Source: Candidatus Dadabacteria bacterium
Lineage (GTDB): Bacteria > Desulfobacterota_D > UBA1144 > Nemesobacterales > CSP1-2
DNA length: 64,000 bases
Direction: 5' to 3'
NCBI GenBank assembly: GCA_963805855.1
Contig: CAWDVW010000007.1
Span: 608,001 to 672,000, forward strand
Below are positions 21,950-31,839 of this stretch, piece after piece. Under the pieces are notes generated by a model. The model made no database searches, had not been told where the DNA came from, and saw only the letters and a list, made by a program, of their open reading frames with translations. Every line of letters starts with the position of its first letter. Within the stretch, counting starts at the first letter, position 1. A program made the translations under genes and the position numbers.

Positions 21950-22035
21950 TGTCATATCGAGCCTATAAAACATGTCATCTCGAACGCATGTGAGAGATCT
22001 TGTAGTTAAGTCAGTCAATACAAGGGGAAATGACG
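21950..22035. repeat. Family A repeat copies downstream of the GIY-YIG gene
   Basis: TGTCATATCGA at 21950 and TGTCATCTCGAACGCATGTGAGAGATCT at 21973-22000. Confidence 0.9.
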
Positions 22036-22199
22036 GATTTCCCATGGAGCCTGTACTTAACTGCATCTGAGTATTCGAAGTGGGGGATCGATAATGCATT
22101 CCTCGCCAGCAAGACTGGCGAGCTACCCATTAATTTTTTGCTTGAAAGTTTAAGTGGAGGCCAGCCCATACTTAATTTTCCCGCTTTGCAAATTTCTAC

Positions 22200-22231
22200 T
22201 TTACAAATAATATACTACAGTGTAGTATATT
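22200..22231 (+). promoter_or_regulatory. Putative lexA promoter overlapped by a palindromic operator
   Basis: TTTACA-N17-TAGTAT (22200-22228) overlapping AATATACTACA-G-TGTAGTATATT (22209-22231). Confidence 0.65.
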
Positions 22232-22252
22232 GTATTGTTAAGGGTTTTTGCT

Positions 22253-22855
22253 ATGAAGGGGTTAACCAATATCCAGAACAGCGTTTTAACTTTCATTAAA
22301 AGGCATGTCGATGCCGGACTGCCTCTTCCTTCGCTTAGAGAGATTGCAGGTCATTTCGGATTTGGGCATACAACGGCAAGGTTTCACCTAATGGCGCTTG
22401 AAAGGAAAGGCTTTATTAAGAAGCGCCGCCAGAGAGTGAGTGACTATATGATCGCTGAAGATCGTTCTGATATTCCAAGCACGTTTGATCTGGTTGCAAC
22501 AATTCCCGCGGGAACACCCCTGGCCATATTCGAGGGTACAGAGGATACCTTCACGGTTGATAAAAACTTTTTTGGAGGCGGTCAGCTGAAAGCCGTCTAT
22601 ATCTCGGGCGATAGCATGAACGGGGATTCAATCTCCGACGGGGATATAGGAATAATACGGCTCCAAAAGGATTGGAGTAAACGCGACATCGTGGCAGTGA
22701 GAGTGAATGGCGACGAAATAACCTTGAAACGGATCAGGATAAAGAAAAATATCGTTGAATTAATACCTTCCAACCCGGAATTCCCCGTTCGAAGGTTTCC
22801 GGCGGAAGAAGTCGAGGTTGTCGGCAAGCTGGTTGGAATAATCAGAAAAACCTGA
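22253..22855 (+). CDS. lexA: LexA repressor
   Basis: PSLREIA HTH, Ala-Gly cleavage site (IPAG), catalytic Ser (GDSM) and Lys (TLKR). Confidence 0.9.
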   Translation: MKGLTNIQNSVLTFIKRHVDAGLPLPSLREIAGHFGFGHTTARFHLMALERKGFIKKRRQRVSDYMIAEDRSDIPSTFDLVATIPAGTPLAIFEGTEDTFTVDKNFFGGGQLKAVYISGDSMNGDSISDGDIGIIRLQKDWSKRDIVAVRVNGDEITLKRIRIKKNIVELIPSNPEFPVRRFPAEEVEVVGKLVGIIRKT

Positions 22856-22902
22856 ACCAACCTAAAAAAAGCGATGGGGTTTTTTGACTTTAGGACTTAA
22901 AA

Positions 22903-23529
22903 ATGGATGCTCTGGGAGAGAAGTTAAATCACCAAGAGATTTGGAGAAGATTAAAGTCCGGGGATTTTCCAATTAAACCCGATGCTAAGGTAATTCGCAC
23001 CGGAATCTCTGAGCTGGACGAGATCTTTTCCGATGGCGTAAAACCTGGAAAGCTGATTGAGTGGGGGCTCCCCCAGGGAAGAAACGGTCGTATTTTACCC
23101 ATACTTTTTTTAAGAAAGGAAATTCCTCTCACAATCTGGATATACGCCGATTTGGGTCTGGACATCTATGCGCCCGCATGGGCAAGCCACGGCATAGATC
23201 TGAGAAGAATCTTCTTCGTAAAATGCGACGATCCCGTTAAGAAACTCAAACCCATATTCCTGGATAACACCTTTAAAGTCATCGTAATTGATTCACCCAA
23301 GAAATTTTCGAAAGGCGATATCTCCTTTATATCTGTCCGGGCCAGGGCGAACAGGCAGATCATTTTTCTGATCAGAAATTATTTCTTAAGCCCCAGGATC
23401 GGAAACCCATTTGCCCACATACGTGTAAATTGCTCACGAAACGACAGAGGTATCTATTCAGTAAATTTTATCAAGGGAAAAAATCCAAAAAGACTTCTTT
23501 TATCAAGCTCGAGGTTTTTCAATGAATGA
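22903..23529 (+). CDS. imuA: ImuA-like RecA-fold mutasome protein
   Basis: TGISELDEIF..G..PGKLIEW, degenerate P-loop, YAPAWASHGIDL; lies between lexA and imuB/dnaE2. Confidence 0.7.
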   Translation: MDALGEKLNHQEIWRRLKSGDFPIKPDAKVIRTGISELDEIFSDGVKPGKLIEWGLPQGRNGRILPILFLRKEIPLTIWIYADLGLDIYAPAWASHGIDLRRIFFVKCDDPVKKLKPIFLDNTFKVIVIDSPKKFSKGDISFISVRARANRQIIFLIRNYFLSPRIGNPFAHIRVNCSRNDRGIYSVNFIKGKNPKRLLLSSSRFFNE

Positions 23530-25042
23530 TACAGGCATCGCAAAGGTAATCGATTTAAAGACCTTCTCAACGGACGAAAACTGTCCATACTTCGGTGCAT
23601 TTTATTGTGAGATGGAAAAGGCAGGAAAAGATATATTTTCCCTTACACCACGGGTTATGCAGTGGGATGAAAACACATGGTTATTTGATTTAAGCCCCTG
23701 TAGAAATTTTTGGGCTATTCAGAAGGAAAAGGAAGGAAAAAATCTTTATGAACTCCTTGAACAGATACTGAATAACTCTTTTGAGAAAGGATATCTCTCG
23801 GTTTTCGGAAACCATCCCTGGCAGTGCCTGTTGTTTCTCGATTTCTTACTGGAAAAAAAGTCGAAAGGTCTATTTTCGTTAGACACCCTTCTAAATAGAA
23901 AGATCTATGAAAGTCTTTCATGGGATCACTGGTTTGAGCCTCTTGGTATCCTTTCCGACCATCTCAGTTATCTGAAGGTCAAAGGGTTTAAAGAATCACA
24001 ATTCCGCTCCAAGCAGACTCAGTTGAAGCGTTTCATCAAAAGAATGAACCTCCGTGGACCCTTTGATTTGAGCCAGGCCGATGTAGCCTCGATCGAAAGG
24101 AGGTTTTCCGGATGGCTTGGAGAGATCTGGGCATGGACGTTTCATGGTTTTTTAGAAGATGAAGAAAAAACTCCTGATCTGTTCAAGTCATCAGAAAATC
24201 AAATCGATCTGGGTTCATTTCCCTGGATCCCGTTTCGGATAGAAGATCCTCCCAGAGCCATCAGACACCTGGAATATCCGGTAAACCGGTGGGACGTTAT
24301 TGAGCCTCTCCTTATCGAGGATCTTTCTAAATTATGTGCCATGAAATCATGGTCTGAACAGGAACGGGTAAGCTCGATGATCTGGGCAATTACCCTATAC
24401 AATCTGGAGGAATTGAAATTAGAGCTCTCATTTCGAAACCCTTATTCACTCCACATGGACTCTCGAAATAATTTTAAGACTGCTCTATACCAGGCCTACT
24501 ATGCCTATATGGGGCTCATGGATAAATTAAAGGCCAGAGACACCGATTTAGACCTGCCTGAAGAAATTCCCTTTGTTAGCTGGGAAGTTGAAATAAACGA
24601 ATGTCTTTATATCTCTCCTCAAACCATGGAATTAATCTCTATCGAGAATGGCGGGCTAAATTACAAAGGAGTTTTGGATCTACAGAATAAGATCCCCCTT
24701 CCCATAGAGTCCTATGTAGTCGTGCCGGACTTCACTGCCGACCTTTCGTTCAGACCAGAAGAGTCAGGTGGTAATACTTTCAAATATGATTTTTCACTCA
24801 ACCAGTGGATAGAGGCCTCATTAAACAGGCCCTTTTTCTATTACAGAAATCCCCTGCCCATAACGAGTCCACCGGATTTAAAGCCGAAGTTTTTAGAAAG
24901 GACAAGCAACGATTGGTGGACGGGTGAGAATTTAATGGACATGACCAAGGACTATTTTCTCGTAGAAGATCGAGAGGGAAGATTTATCTGGGTTTTCAGG
25001 GATAGCTCAGGGGTATGGTATAAACATGGCATCTATTCTTGA
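23522..25042 (+). CDS. imuB: Divergent ImuB-like mutasome scaffold
   Basis: TPRV near the N-terminus; C-terminal ER...WW...DYFLVED..G..WVFRD...W..HG; overlaps imuA and dnaE2. Confidence 0.65.
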   Translation: MNDTGIAKVIDLKTFSTDENCPYFGAFYCEMEKAGKDIFSLTPRVMQWDENTWLFDLSPCRNFWAIQKEKEGKNLYELLEQILNNSFEKGYLSVFGNHPWQCLLFLDFLLEKKSKGLFSLDTLLNRKIYESLSWDHWFEPLGILSDHLSYLKVKGFKESQFRSKQTQLKRFIKRMNLRGPFDLSQADVASIERRFSGWLGEIWAWTFHGFLEDEEKTPDLFKSSENQIDLGSFPWIPFRIEDPPRAIRHLEYPVNRWDVIEPLLIEDLSKLCAMKSWSEQERVSSMIWAITLYNLEELKLELSFRNPYSLHMDSRNNFKTALYQAYYAYMGLMDKLKARDTDLDLPEEIPFVSWEVEINECLYISPQTMELISIENGGLNYKGVLDLQNKIPLPIESYVVVPDFTADLSFRPEESGGNTFKYDFSLNQWIEASLNRPFFYYRNPLPITSPPDLKPKFLERTSNDWWTGENLMDMTKDYFLVEDREGRFIWVFRDSSGVWYKHGIYS

Positions 25043-28000
25043 AAGATACGGACTCCACGAATGGCTCTGCAAGACCAATTTTAGTTTTCTCATAGGTGCA
25101 TCTCACCCACATGACATCGTTAAGACCGCCTCCGATCTTCAATATAGTTCGATTTGCGTGAATGATTTTGATGGAGTATATGGTCTAGCGCGAACATACA
25201 GAGAGCTGGAGAGACTTAAAAATGAGGATGAGAACAATAACTTAAAATTAAACTTCGGTGCAGAAATTCATTTTTCGGTCGATCACGACAAGCCCATACT
25301 CCTGCAGGATACACTGGTTTTAGTTGCCAAGGATTGGGAAGGATATAAGAATCTTTGTGAGCTACTTACCTATTCCCACAGAGACGGCAAAACTTACGCA
25401 AATATACCCTTAGATTATTTGCTCTCTGCCAATATTTCTGGTCTCTTTGCGATCCAACCCATGAGAGGGCTCATCAGATCGAATGTAGAAAAAGAGTCCT
25501 TTTATAATTTATATTCCCATTTCAAAGGCGAATTCTACTTTGCAATCAGTAAGCACTTTCACAGGTCAGAGGACAGGTGGATTCGCCCGACAATAGACCT
25601 TGCCACTAAGATCGGGGCGAAATGCATCCTAAGCCAGGATGTGTTCTTCCATAACAGGTCCCAAAAACCCATGAGTGATTTACTCCATGCAATAAGGACA
25701 AACAGGACTCTAAACACGTGTAAGGAACATTTATTCCCTAATGGAGAAAGGTGCCTCCACGACATAGAAACCATTGAGCGATTTTTCTGCGACCTGCCTG
25801 TATTTGAGGAAGCGATAAAACTTTCCCACGAATTAAATGAGCAATGCTCCTTCAGCTTTTCACAACTAAGGTACCAGTACCCTAAAGAAATGATCCCCCA
25901 TGGCTATACGGCTCAAAGCTACTTAGAGCATCTAGTCTGGCAGGGTGCCAGGAGGCGGTTTGAAAATAACATCTCTGAAAAGATCCGTAAAAGCCTTACT
26001 CACGAACTGGACCTTATCGAGAAACTAAACTTTGCCGATTACTTCTTGACCGTGTGGGATATTGTGAGCTGGGCCAGATCAAAGAATATACTCTGTCAGG
26101 GAAGAGGCTCTGCAGCCAACTCAGCGGTCTGTTTTGTCTTAGGGATTACCGAAGTTAATCCGGATTTGTTTGATTTGCTTTTTGAAAGGTTCATCAGCAT
26201 GGAGAGGGGCGATCCTCCCGATATAGATGTAGACTTCGAGCACGAAAGAAGAGAAGAAGTTGTTCAATACATCTATAAAAGATATGGCCGTGATAGAGCG
26301 GCAATGGTAGCAAATGTCATTACATTTAGGGCAAAGGGTTCCATGCGTGCGGTTGGAAAGGCGCTGGGTGTTAGCGAAGAGCTACTTGGGGAAATGTCAA
26401 AGCTTGCAGACTACAAATATTTTCTCCGGAGCAGAACACGGGATATTATCTCAGAATTGAATAAGGGTGAGAATAGCAATAATGCTCCTAAGAATTTTTC
26501 ATGGAAATTATGGGTTGAGCTCTCGGAAAGATTGCGAGGGTTCCCAAGGCATCTCGGCATTCATTCAGGCGGCTTCATGCTCACCGATAAGCCTTTGAAT
26601 TATCTGGTTCCTCAGGAACCCGCATCGATGGAAAACAGGACAGTGGTCCAATGGTGTAAGGATGATATCGAAGGATTAGGATTTTTTAAGATTGATATTC
26701 TCTGTCTGGGGATGCTCACCGCAATTAGAAAGTGCTTTGAGAGCATTGAGGAGAAATATGGAAGGAAACTAACGTTATATAGCATTCCTGAAAATGACCC
26801 CGCAACATACGAAATGATCCAAAGGGCAGATACAGTAGGCACCTTCCAGATTGAGTCGAGGGCCCAGATGTCCATGCTTCCCCGTCTTAAGCCGCGATGT
26901 TTTTATGATCTCGTTATAGAGGTGGGTATTATCCGCCCTGGTCCTATTCAGGGAAAGATTATTCATCCTTACCTCGCGCGGCGAGAAGGGAAAGCACCCG
27001 TTATTTATCCCGATGAAAGGATGCGCCCTATCCTTTCCAGAACCCTCGGCGTCCCTATCTTTCAGGAGCAGGCCATGAGAATTGCGATTGACGTGGGCGA
27101 TTTTACCCCCGGCGAAGCAAATGAGCTCAGAAAAAATATAGGCTCGTGGAATGTAAGAGAATTCAAGATGAACCTAAATCCCTGGCTTGAGAAACTCAAA
27201 AGGGGTATGGAGAGGAATGGAATTAAAAAAGAATTCATCGATCAAATTCTCCGTCAGATGAGGGGGTTCGCACATTACGGTTTTCCCGAATCGCATGCCG
27301 TTTCGTTTGCGTTACTGGCGTATGCCTCCAGTTACCTGAAGTGCCATCATCCCGCGGCGTTTTTCAATGCTGTCCTAAATTCACAGCCTATGGGATTTTA
27401 TCTGCCGCATGCCCTATTACAGGCAGCCCAGAGGAACGGGATTATGATTCTTCCCGTTTCCATCAATGAGTCAGATTGGGACAATAAGCTGGAGAATATC
27501 TCGAGCGAAAGCCGAAAGTTAATTTATGGTATACGTCTTGGATTCAGGCTCGTCAATTCACTTTCTAAATCCGGTTGCCAGGATATGCTAAAGGTCAGGA
27601 AGGACATTGGACGTTGGGAAAGTTTAGATCATTTCTTAAAAACAACCCAGGTTTACCGGGATGATTTTACGGCTCTTGCCGCAGCCAATGCCTTCGGGGA
27701 GTTTGGGATCAACCGTTCAGAGGCAATCTGGAAAGCCGAAGCTGCACCCTTCCGCAGGCTTGTTGATATTGAGGGCCGAAAGATTGACTGGAATCACGAA
27801 ACCAAGATGCAGCAGATCCAAAGGGATTTCCATTCTTTCAATACAAGCCTGGAAGAGCATCCTGTTAAAATTGTCAAACAAGACAATTGGCCCTACAGGA
27901 TACCGGTCAAGAGCCTGGTGCTCGCTGAGGATTTATCATCCAAGAGAAGAAACAGCATTGTCTTGACCTTTGGCATGACCCTGGTGAAGCAATCCCCCGG

Positions 28001-28289
28001 CTCTGCCAAAGGGATGGTTTTTATAACCCTGGAAGACGAGACGGGTTTCATAAATCTCGTGTTCACACCTAACATTTATGCGAAGTATTATCACATCGTC
28101 GAGCGCCAGCCCTTTCTATGCGTAGAAGGACAGCTACAAAAGGCAAGTGACTATCATTCTATACTGGTGAGGAAGCTTTTTGAGCCGAACCTGAATCAGA
28201 ATGTCGTTAAAATAGAAAGAAAGGAAGAGCGGTATGAAAAGGTTGAGAGCAACATGACAGAATTGATCAAGCCGCGAAGTTTTATGTGA
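25026..28289 (+). CDS. dnaE2: Error-prone DNA polymerase DnaE2 (ImuC)
   Basis: NFSFLIGASHP, QGRGSAANSAVC, PPDIDVDFEHERREEV, YGFPESHA, LNSQPMGFY, FITLEDETG. Confidence 0.95.
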   Translation: MASILERYGLHEWLCKTNFSFLIGASHPHDIVKTASDLQYSSICVNDFDGVYGLARTYRELERLKNEDENNNLKLNFGAEIHFSVDHDKPILLQDTLVLVAKDWEGYKNLCELLTYSHRDGKTYANIPLDYLLSANISGLFAIQPMRGLIRSNVEKESFYNLYSHFKGEFYFAISKHFHRSEDRWIRPTIDLATKIGAKCILSQDVFFHNRSQKPMSDLLHAIRTNRTLNTCKEHLFPNGERCLHDIETIERFFCDLPVFEEAIKLSHELNEQCSFSFSQLRYQYPKEMIPHGYTAQSYLEHLVWQGARRRFENNISEKIRKSLTHELDLIEKLNFADYFLTVWDIVSWARSKNILCQGRGSAANSAVCFVLGITEVNPDLFDLLFERFISMERGDPPDIDVDFEHERREEVVQYIYKRYGRDRAAMVANVITFRAKGSMRAVGKALGVSEELLGEMSKLADYKYFLRSRTRDIISELNKGENSNNAPKNFSWKLWVELSERLRGFPRHLGIHSGGFMLTDKPLNYLVPQEPASMENRTVVQWCKDDIEGLGFFKIDILCLGMLTAIRKCFESIEEKYGRKLTLYSIPENDPATYEMIQRADTVGTFQIESRAQMSMLPRLKPRCFYDLVIEVGIIRPGPIQGKIIHPYLARREGKAPVIYPDERMRPILSRTLGVPIFQEQAMRIAIDVGDFTPGEANELRKNIGSWNVREFKMNLNPWLEKLKRGMERNGIKKEFIDQILRQMRGFAHYGFPESHAVSFALLAYASSYLKCHHPAAFFNAVLNSQPMGFYLPHALLQAAQRNGIMILPVSINESDWDNKLENISSESRKLIYGIRLGFRLVNSLSKSGCQDMLKVRKDIGRWESLDHFLKTTQVYRDDFTALAAANAFGEFGINRSEAIWKAEAAPFRRLVDIEGRKIDWNHETKMQQIQRDFHSFNTSLEEHPVKIVKQDNWPYRIPVKSLVLAEDLSSKRRNSIVLTFGMTLVKQSPGSAKGMVFITLEDETGFINLVFTPNIYAKYYHIVERQPFLCVEGQLQKASDYHSILVRKLFEPNLNQNVVKIERKEERYEKVESNMTELIKPRSFM

Positions 28290-28326
28290 ATCAGGCTCTC
28301 CTGCCCCGAGCTTAGGCGAAGCATTG

Positions 28327-28496
28327 GAAATGACAACTTTTTTCCTGTCATCTCGACCAGTCTTGTCATTTCGAATGAAAATGAGAAATCTTTCATTTGT
28401 CTTTTGTTTTTCCCCGGCTCAACTACAAGATCTCTCACATGCGTTCGAGATGACATGTTGCATAGGCCCGTGATCATAAGAGTGGCCGAAATGACA
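28327..28496. repeat. Family A repeat cluster, inverted relative to the 21.3-22.0 kb copies
   Basis: Full unit 28364-28455 (TGTCATTTCGAATGAAAATGAGAAATCT...AGATCTCTCACATGCGTTCGAGATGACA) plus half-sites. Confidence 0.9.
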
Positions 28497-28713
28497 AAAC
28501 GCAGTCACGAGATGGCTTTCTCAAGGAGCCTGTCCTCTATCTAAATGAAGCGAAGGGTGAGTCAATAAGCAAATAAACAAAGCCTGAGCCCGAGCTTTTA
28601 TTTCGCCCCGCAAAAACTGGAGCCTTACTTAATTGCGTTCTTCATGAAACCGAACCGCCAAAGGCTCTAATTGACATATCGGGGGCTTACCTAAAAACTT
28701 ATCAATCAATCTT

Positions 28714-29283
28714 ATGGATAGGAGAACCGTTTTGATAGAAGCAAGTGTAATTCCAGCATTACTGCTGTTATTATTCGGCATCAACAGTTTAGCTGAATCA
28801 AAGGATGAACCTGAAACCGTCGAGCGAGTCGATTTAGGACGATATGCGGGGCTCTGGTATGAAATTGCAAAAATTCCGAATCGCTTCCAACGAATATGTC
28901 ACAGAGACACTACGGCTAATTATAAACTTCGGGATGATGGACGCATCTCAGTTTTGAACAGATGTATTGACAAGGAAGGCAACCCAATCGAAGCCAGTGG
29001 ACTCGCGAAAGTAATAGATTCTGATACAAATGCCAAATTAAAGGTTAGCTTCTTCCGTATATTCGGGATTCAGCTTTTCTGGGGTGATTACTGGATTATA
29101 GGACTCGGATATGATTATGAATATGCAATTGTTGGACACCCAGCTAGAAAGTACGGATGGATACTTAGCAGAGAACGACAGCTCTCTTCTGAAAATCTTG
29201 AGGAAATATATTCCATTCTTAGAAACAGTGGATACAATCCAGATGATTTTGAATTTACAGTCCACTCTAAGACAGGGCTTTAG
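28714..29283 (+). CDS. blc: Bacterial lipocalin (Blc family)
   Basis: VDLGRYAGLWYEIA, AKLKVSFF, GDYWII, WILSR. Confidence 0.9.
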   Translation: MDRRTVLIEASVIPALLLLLFGINSLAESKDEPETVERVDLGRYAGLWYEIAKIPNRFQRICHRDTTANYKLRDDGRISVLNRCIDKEGNPIEASGLAKVIDSDTNAKLKVSFFRIFGIQLFWGDYWIIGLGYDYEYAIVGHPARKYGWILSRERQLSSENLEEIYSILRNSGYNPDDFEFTVHSKTGL

Positions 29284-29823
29284 CACGAGCATAGGCTTAA
29301 GTCATTTGCCAATTAAGAAAACACTATGCGATTCATACTTTCAATCGTCTTAAAATGATTATCTCTTTTTTTGAGTAGATTTAATGTCAATAATTTGTTG
29401 GAGAGGGGAATTAATGGGGACGCATGTACTAGCTCACTAATTCGGTAACTTTTTGCGACTTATCAGTAAGTGATTCATTATTCGTTCAAAAAAGGTTTCT
29501 TAGATCACTTAATTCAAAAATGAAAATCACAAATTTAAGATAACACACTACTTAGACACACAATTATTTGATTAAATAAATTATTATATGGTTTTTAGAG
29601 ATAAAAGTTCAGCTCCTCTATTTGTTAAATTAAGATTTCTTCGTTATTGGAAAAGAGGGACATAATTACTGAGCATCTACAACGCAACCCTTTAAAAGCG
29701 AGCATAAACGGTTTCTGGCATGCATATTGACTTAATTACAAAGGGCCCGGTATTTATTCCCGATTAAAATTGAAAAAAAATAGATACAATCTTGGAGCTT
29801 CGCTATTATTAGATAGTTTCTTG

Positions 29824-30192
29824 TTAATCTGCCAATTGATTTTTAAGCCAGGATTTTATTGAATCATTTATTGGGTAGCGACCGTCGGTCTTAATATTGC
29901 CTCCCGCTTCTGTAATTGCTTCCTGGATCATTTGTTCGGGCGTCTCAATTATTTCAGCAATGAAGTCGCCAGAACCATCTGGATAGTTTTCATACAGGTA
30001 GAGTGCGGTTTGAAGATTTCTTACTTCTATAAAAAAGTAGAAACCGACCCTAGCTTGCATCTGCCTCTCAATCTCTTCGATCTCTTCTCGGGTTTCATTC
30101 CCTTTCCGCCTTATCCTCTCGCGTGGCTTCATGTCCCAGTTAATTTGAGATATTAGGGCTTTCTCGTTTCTAATGTCCACAAGTGTTTTCAT
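29824..30192 (-). CDS. Hypothetical protein (resembles DVU0772 family)
   Basis: INWDMKP...YFFIE...GG....GRYPINDSIKSWLK pattern; family call from memory only. Confidence 0.5.
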   Translation of the reverse strand: MKTLVDIRNEKALISQINWDMKPRERIRRKGNETREEIEEIERQMQARVGFYFFIEVRNLQTALYLYENYPDGSGDFIAEIIETPEQMIQEAITEAGGNIKTDGRYPINDSIKSWLKNQLAD

Positions 30193-30262
30193 CTGTAATT
30201 CGTCCTCGCTTCCATGATGGATCCTCAGTATTTATGAACGAAATTAAAGGGGACGCTACCCT

Positions 30263-31378
30263 TTAATTAAGAAGTTCATCGATTGGAGTATAATCATAAC
30301 CGAATGCTTCAGCTACACCTTTGTAAGTCACCTTACCTCTAACAACGTTAGCACCACGTTTTATTTCACTGTTTTCCTTCATAGCCTTTTTCCACCCTTT
30401 GTTAGCAATCTCCAGGGCGTATGGCAAAGTGGCATTGGTCAAGGCAAGGGTTGAGGTTTTGGGCAAGGCACCCGGCATATTTGACACACAATAATGCACA
30501 ATGCCATCGATATTGTATATGGGATCGGCATGAGTTGTCGGCCTCGAAGTCTCAAAGCATCCACCTTGATCGATAGACACATCTACTAACACGGCACCTT
30601 TCTTCACCATTTTCAACATTTCACGTGTTATGAGTTTCGGAGCCTTTGCTCCGGGAATAAGGACTGCTCCCACAATTACGTCAGCTATTGGGAGAAACCT
30701 GCGAATAGTGGCCGGCTTAGACATCAAAAGGAAGCAATTACGAGGCATAATGTCACTCAGATACCTAAGGCGATCAAGGTTCTTGTCTAGGACATAGACT
30801 TTGGCTCCCAAACCGCATGCAGTTTTAGCAGCATTAGTTCCAACGACACCACCTCCTAGAATTACTACAGTGCCCGGATCGACTCCAGGTACACCCCCCA
30901 AAAGTATACCCTGCCCCCCGTGTTCCATTTCCAGATACTTCGAGGCCTGTTGAATCGCCATCCTTCCCGCCACTTCACTCATTGGTGTTAATAGGGGCAA
31001 AGTACCATCTTCCTTCTGGATAGTTTCGTACGCGATATTTACAGATTTTCTCTCAATTAAGGTTTGTGTTAATTCTTCAGATACAGCCAGATGAAGATAG
31101 GTGAAAATAATCTGGTCTTCTCTTATGAGCCCATATTCGGAAGGCTGAGGCTCCTTAACATGCATCACAGTCTCGGACCGACCATAAATTTCCTCTGGAC
31201 CTGCAACAATTTCAGCTCCATGCTCGACATAGCTGGCATCCTCAAATCCGCTGCTCACACCGGCGTTGCTCTGAACCAGCACCACGTGTCCGTTCTGGAC
31301 CATGAGTTCCACTCCACCCGGAGTCATCGAAACACGATTTTCTTCAGTCTTTATTTCCTTTAGAATACCAACTATCAT
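30263..31378 (-). CDS. ald: Alanine dehydrogenase
   Basis: KEIKTEENRV, VKEPQ, FTYLHLA, PMSEVAGR, GGGVVG, DQGGCFETS, NMPGA. Confidence 0.95.
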   Translation of the reverse strand: MIVGILKEIKTEENRVSMTPGGVELMVQNGHVVLVQSNAGVSSGFEDASYVEHGAEIVAGPEEIYGRSETVMHVKEPQPSEYGLIREDQIIFTYLHLAVSEELTQTLIERKSVNIAYETIQKEDGTLPLLTPMSEVAGRMAIQQASKYLEMEHGGQGILLGGVPGVDPGTVVILGGGVVGTNAAKTACGLGAKVYVLDKNLDRLRYLSDIMPRNCFLLMSKPATIRRFLPIADVIVGAVLIPGAKAPKLITREMLKMVKKGAVLVDVSIDQGGCFETSRPTTHADPIYNIDGIVHYCVSNMPGALPKTSTLALTNATLPYALEIANKGWKKAMKENSEIKRGANVVRGKVTYKGVAEAFGYDYTPIDELLN

Positions 31379-31442
31379 TTTTGGCCTTCCTTATCAACCT
31401 AATTTTCTTATTTAACGATCCTGACTACCCAATCTTAAATCA

Positions 31443-31772
31443 TTACTCACTGGAAGCTTTAGTATCGAGAAAAGTCTCAAATGTTTCCAAATGGCTCGGC
31501 TTGCTAAATGCCTCTTTAGAGAGCGTACCGCTCTTAGCATGACCCTTTTTGAAAGCATCCGAATTTACCCAATTATTAAAATGCTCCTCTGTTTGCCAAA
31601 ACGTCATGACTACATAGGGTTGTTCAGGTTCTTGGGGTCGTAATACTAGATTGCGTATAAAACCTCTCATTTCGTCTACTGCATGAATCCGATTACGGAA
31701 ACGTTCCTCAAATTTAGGAGCATATTCCGGGCTTACGAAAATTCGATTCATAGTAACAAACATGATTTTCAC
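31443..31772 (-). CDS. Antibiotic-biosynthesis monooxygenase (IsdG/HmoB-like)
   Basis: MNRI, FEERFRNR, W..SDAFKKGH. Confidence 0.85.
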   Translation of the reverse strand: MKIMFVTMNRIFVSPEYAPKFEERFRNRIHAVDEMRGFIRNLVLRPQEPEQPYVVMTFWQTEEHFNNWVNSDAFKKGHAKSGTLSKEAFSKPSHLETFETFLDTKASSE

Positions 31773-31839
31773 CTCATTGAATGGAATCAGGAGAATTTAT
31801 TATATCATAGGAAAAGAATATCTTCTGTTTGAGGAAGGG

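Noticed and set aside
29716-29730. Possible sigma54 promoter TGGCAT-N5-TTGA in the AT-rich 29.3-29.8 kb gap
   Set aside because: The conserved -12 GC is GA here, and no + strand gene follows.
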